Source: Chiloscyllium plagiosum | Taxonomy: Eukaryota | Assembly: GCF_004010195.1 (NCBI RefSeq) | Contig: NC_057753.1 | Location: 13,319,979-13,383,978, forward strand | Direction of reading: 5' to 3' | Length of the DNA stretch: 64,000 nt | Shown here: positions 61,041-64,000 of the stretch, piece by piece | Position numbering within the stretch: position 1 is the stretch's first letter | Layout: each line of letters opens with the position of its first letter | The notes under the pieces: generated by a model | Told to the model about the DNA's origin: nothing | The model's database searches: none | Seen by the model: the letters and a program-made list of their open reading frames with translations, nothing else | Position numbers and translations under genes: made by a program

Positions 61041-62794
61041 TATGCCTGACACTGACAGAGAGGGGGAGGGTATTAGATGAATTTACATCGAGGGAGTCAA
61101 AAGCAGCAATACGAAAACAAACAAAATTAAGAAATTGAGAAATTTAAATTAAAGCAAAGGAAATATTGAGTGAATGAGAGAGAAACATTGAGGCAAATTT
61201 CGAGGAATGCTGAGGCCTCACAAACGGTGAGTGAAATGACGTACAGATGGCGACAAAGTTTAATAAATGAAGACAGAATGAATGAGATTAATAGATTAAT
61301 ATAAAATGTCGGCAGAAGCCTGCAAGTATTCAGACTGAGAGACAAAGTGTAAGAAATGAATAAACAACGTAAACCGAGTAGAAGAAGCAAGAATATGGCG
61401 ACAAAAGCCATTTCTATAGTTGAAGTAAGAGTTCTTTGAAGGGATAGAGAATGTCTTAATATAGCATTGTATGTGGCACGCATAGAATGAGTTCTGGGAA
61501 GAATGCAACTTGCTAGATTACTACAAGATCAAAATAACATGGAGTCACCATAAGCGTGCATCGTGCAGTCTGTAAACTATAACGTGGCAGAGCTCCACCT
61601 GTTGGCGATCTGAAGTCTATGTGCATTAGCTGAAACATCTTCAAATCCTCAAATCAATGAAGAATGTTGATGCGTGATTATTTCAAATTGGTCTTGTTGT
61701 CATTGTTTCTATATATTCAAATGCATGGAGGCACTGGGCATTAAAATAAACAGATAAGGCGATCGAGTTAGGTGGAACACATTTTCAGCAATATAAAATC
61801 ACAAACATGCAGTGATATGGAAACTATTAACCCTCATTTAAGTATATCCAATCTACTCTAAGGTTTTGATGGAGTTTTTCTGTTTTAACCTTGTTATTAA
61901 CATGTGGCGTTTATAATGTTTCTGCTCTCGTTACTTCCACCAATAGAGAACTTTGGTTAATTCGATGAAACTGAAGCAATGATGGAAGAACTCTCACTCT
62001 TTACAGTCTAATCTTTCAAACAACATAGAAAAGGAGAAATACAGGAAGTGAGAATATACCAGAACTCGATTATTAATGCCTGAATGAACAAACCCTATTG
62101 ATAAGCTCATTTCTATGGTCGTAAATTGATAAAGGCAACAATATCATCATCAATGTGTCCAACAATGAGGCAACTCTCTCGATAAGGACACTGCCTGTGA
62201 TCTGTCTCAAAGTATTTTCATTCAGTAGCAGTCAGCTGACTGCGTACTGATCTCATAAGTGCAACGGGGCACATAAGGAATGAAAGTGAGAGCAAACTGA
62301 CACACAACAGCAGGATGTTGAGACTGGGGGAGTAGAAAGAACTTATTAATATTTCCATCTCCACTTTTACAAATAGGAGAACGAGGATGCAACTAATCAG
62401 TGTCTGGTTTGTTTGGCGACTATTTATGACTGGTAATTCTGGACAAAACACATTACAACCTGAGCAGTGTCTCAGGTTAAATTTTGAACACAAGTCCACA
62501 TGATATTTCCTCATTAGACATTTTCATATTCGAGCCACGGGACTTCTGTCACTCAGCCACTTTCATCAGAAGTTAAGAGAACAGATGCTAACTTTATGCT
62601 GTACCAACAAAGCTGCATGGAATTGTTATTACTTCCTATGGTATCACCAAAAACCAAACACACAGCCTGAGCTCGTTCTCTTATGAATACTCCAACGATG
62701 GTGCACAAAGCAGAATTTTCTAAAATCCTTTTCACTGCTGAGCTCCAGACCTTGAGAAAATTCAGCAGTTTAATGATCTCAGATCTGCAGCGAA

Positions 62795-62857
62795 AAGAAA
62801 AGAGAGAGAGAAAAAAGAAAGAAAGAACGAAAGAAAGAAAGAAAGAAAGAGAAAGAA
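62795..62857. repeat. (GAAA)n microsatellite
   Basis: Directly visible. Confidence 0.9.
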
Positions 62858-63370
62858 CATGCCTATTGTAATGCAAGACAACTGGCACCAACTGTGCACA
62901 GAAGAATATTCCAGTAATCCAGAACAGTAATTACAAAATGAGCAGAAACCATATTTATTTTTTCACTATTAACATCGAAACATGCGTAATACTAGAAACA
63001 ATAGAATATGTCTGTTCAAGTCTGCTCTGCCATTCATTTTGATAATGGTTGATTATTATACCCAGTGCCCTGTTCCCGCTTTCTACGTGAAGACTAAATA
63101 TTGACACAGGACTATGAAGATAACTTGTCTTGTTATTTCATGAAATGAAGCCGAGATGTATTTGATGTTCAATTAAGAAGGTAAACACAAATTTCAACCA
63201 GAGAGGCATAAACTCTGATCATTCAGAATTTGTTCAGCATTTTTTATTAAGGGACCTGACGCATCTTGACTTTTTATCTTGTATTTCTTTACTTTCGCAT
63301 TTTGAGTCTAGTACTTATTCCTTGTAAATTGAAAGTATTATATTCTCGGGCGCACTGGTGCTAAATGGCA

Positions 63371-64000
63371 TCAGTATGGTATTGAGCTGTGTTCTTTTTT
63401 ACCATTTGAAGCATTCAGTAGAGATGTGTAAGGACACATTAACATTCTTTTCAGCTCCTTTTGGAACTTGTTCTGGGTTGCCGCAGAGATGAAGACATTG
63501 TTGCAGGAACTGATTACCTGGAGCTTGTTGGGTGTTTCTTGAAGAATGTTCTGCGGGTCTTTGAATTTCAAGCTGCTGGCGTAATGCTCATTAGTAATCA
63601 ATCGGTAGAGGAAGCGACCCATACAGTTGGCCAACAGGGGGAGGAAGCTGAGAGAGATGGCGAAGAGCAGGACGATGGATCTCTTGCGGGTCACCATCTC
63701 TGGATCTTTACCATTCTCACTGCCCCTGAGTCTCTTGCGTGCTCTGCCAGCTAATATGATGCGTCTGCCCGTCAGGGCATTGAGCAGAGGAATGAGGAGG
63801 AATGGGAGAAAGGGGGTTAAGATTCGTTCGAGCCAGTCTAACACCCGCCAGGCAGGCAAAATGTGGAAAGTGAGTGTGATATCACAGAAGCATGGCATCC
63901 CGTCGAGGATATACATAGACTGGGTGTAAATGAAGTAGAAAGGGGCGTTCTTGAAATAGCTCAGGGAAAAGGTCACTGCTAAGACCAGCGATGCAATTTT
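63371..64000 (-). CDS. GPR139/GPR142-like class A GPCR, TM4 to C-terminus (5' part outside the window)
   Basis: WLERILTPFLPFLLI.LLNALT.RRII..RARKRLRG..DPEM..RKRSIVLLFAIS..SSCNNVFI.AATQNKFQKEL matches the GPR139-like receptors expanded in cartilaginous fish. Uninterrupted over this stretch. Confidence 0.8.
   Translation of the reverse strand, partial: KIASLVLAVTFSLSYFKNAPFYFIYTQSMYILDGMPCFCDITLTFHILPAWRVLDWLERILTPFLPFLLIPLLNALTGRRIILAGRARKRLRGSENGKDPEMVTRKRSIVLLFAISLSFLPLLANCMGRFLYRLITNEHYASSLKFKDPQNILQETPNKLQVISSCNNVFISAATQNKFQKELKRMLMCPYTSLLNASNGKKEHSSIPY

Overview
Vertebrate genomic DNA. The repeat content (HE1/V-SINEs, HER1/CR1 LINEs, Penelope-type elements) points to an elasmobranch, probably a carpet or bamboo shark; this is an inference. 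There are four blocks. (1) 1-30 kb and 47.5-51 kb: a cluster of C2H2 zinc-finger genes with no visible KRAB domain, comprising three intact arrays of 8, 13 and 17 fingers plus several pseudogenes, with shared promoter modules and a shared 3' UTR motif. (2) 34.1-44.1 kb, minus strand: a complete 12-coding-exon alpha/delta-type ENaC gene (SCNN1A-like, 603 aa by my reconstruction). It has no PY motif, and its stop codon comes from an antisense CR1 LINE. (3) 45-47 kb: a minisatellite with an inverted duplication of about 525 bp. (4) 54-64 kb: probably the edge of an antigen-receptor locus, with a V-segment pseudogene carrying a 23-bp-spacer RSS, weaker Ig-like relics, and the 3' part of a GPR139-like GPCR. 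Repeat boundaries were read by eye and are approximate. No database searches were possible.
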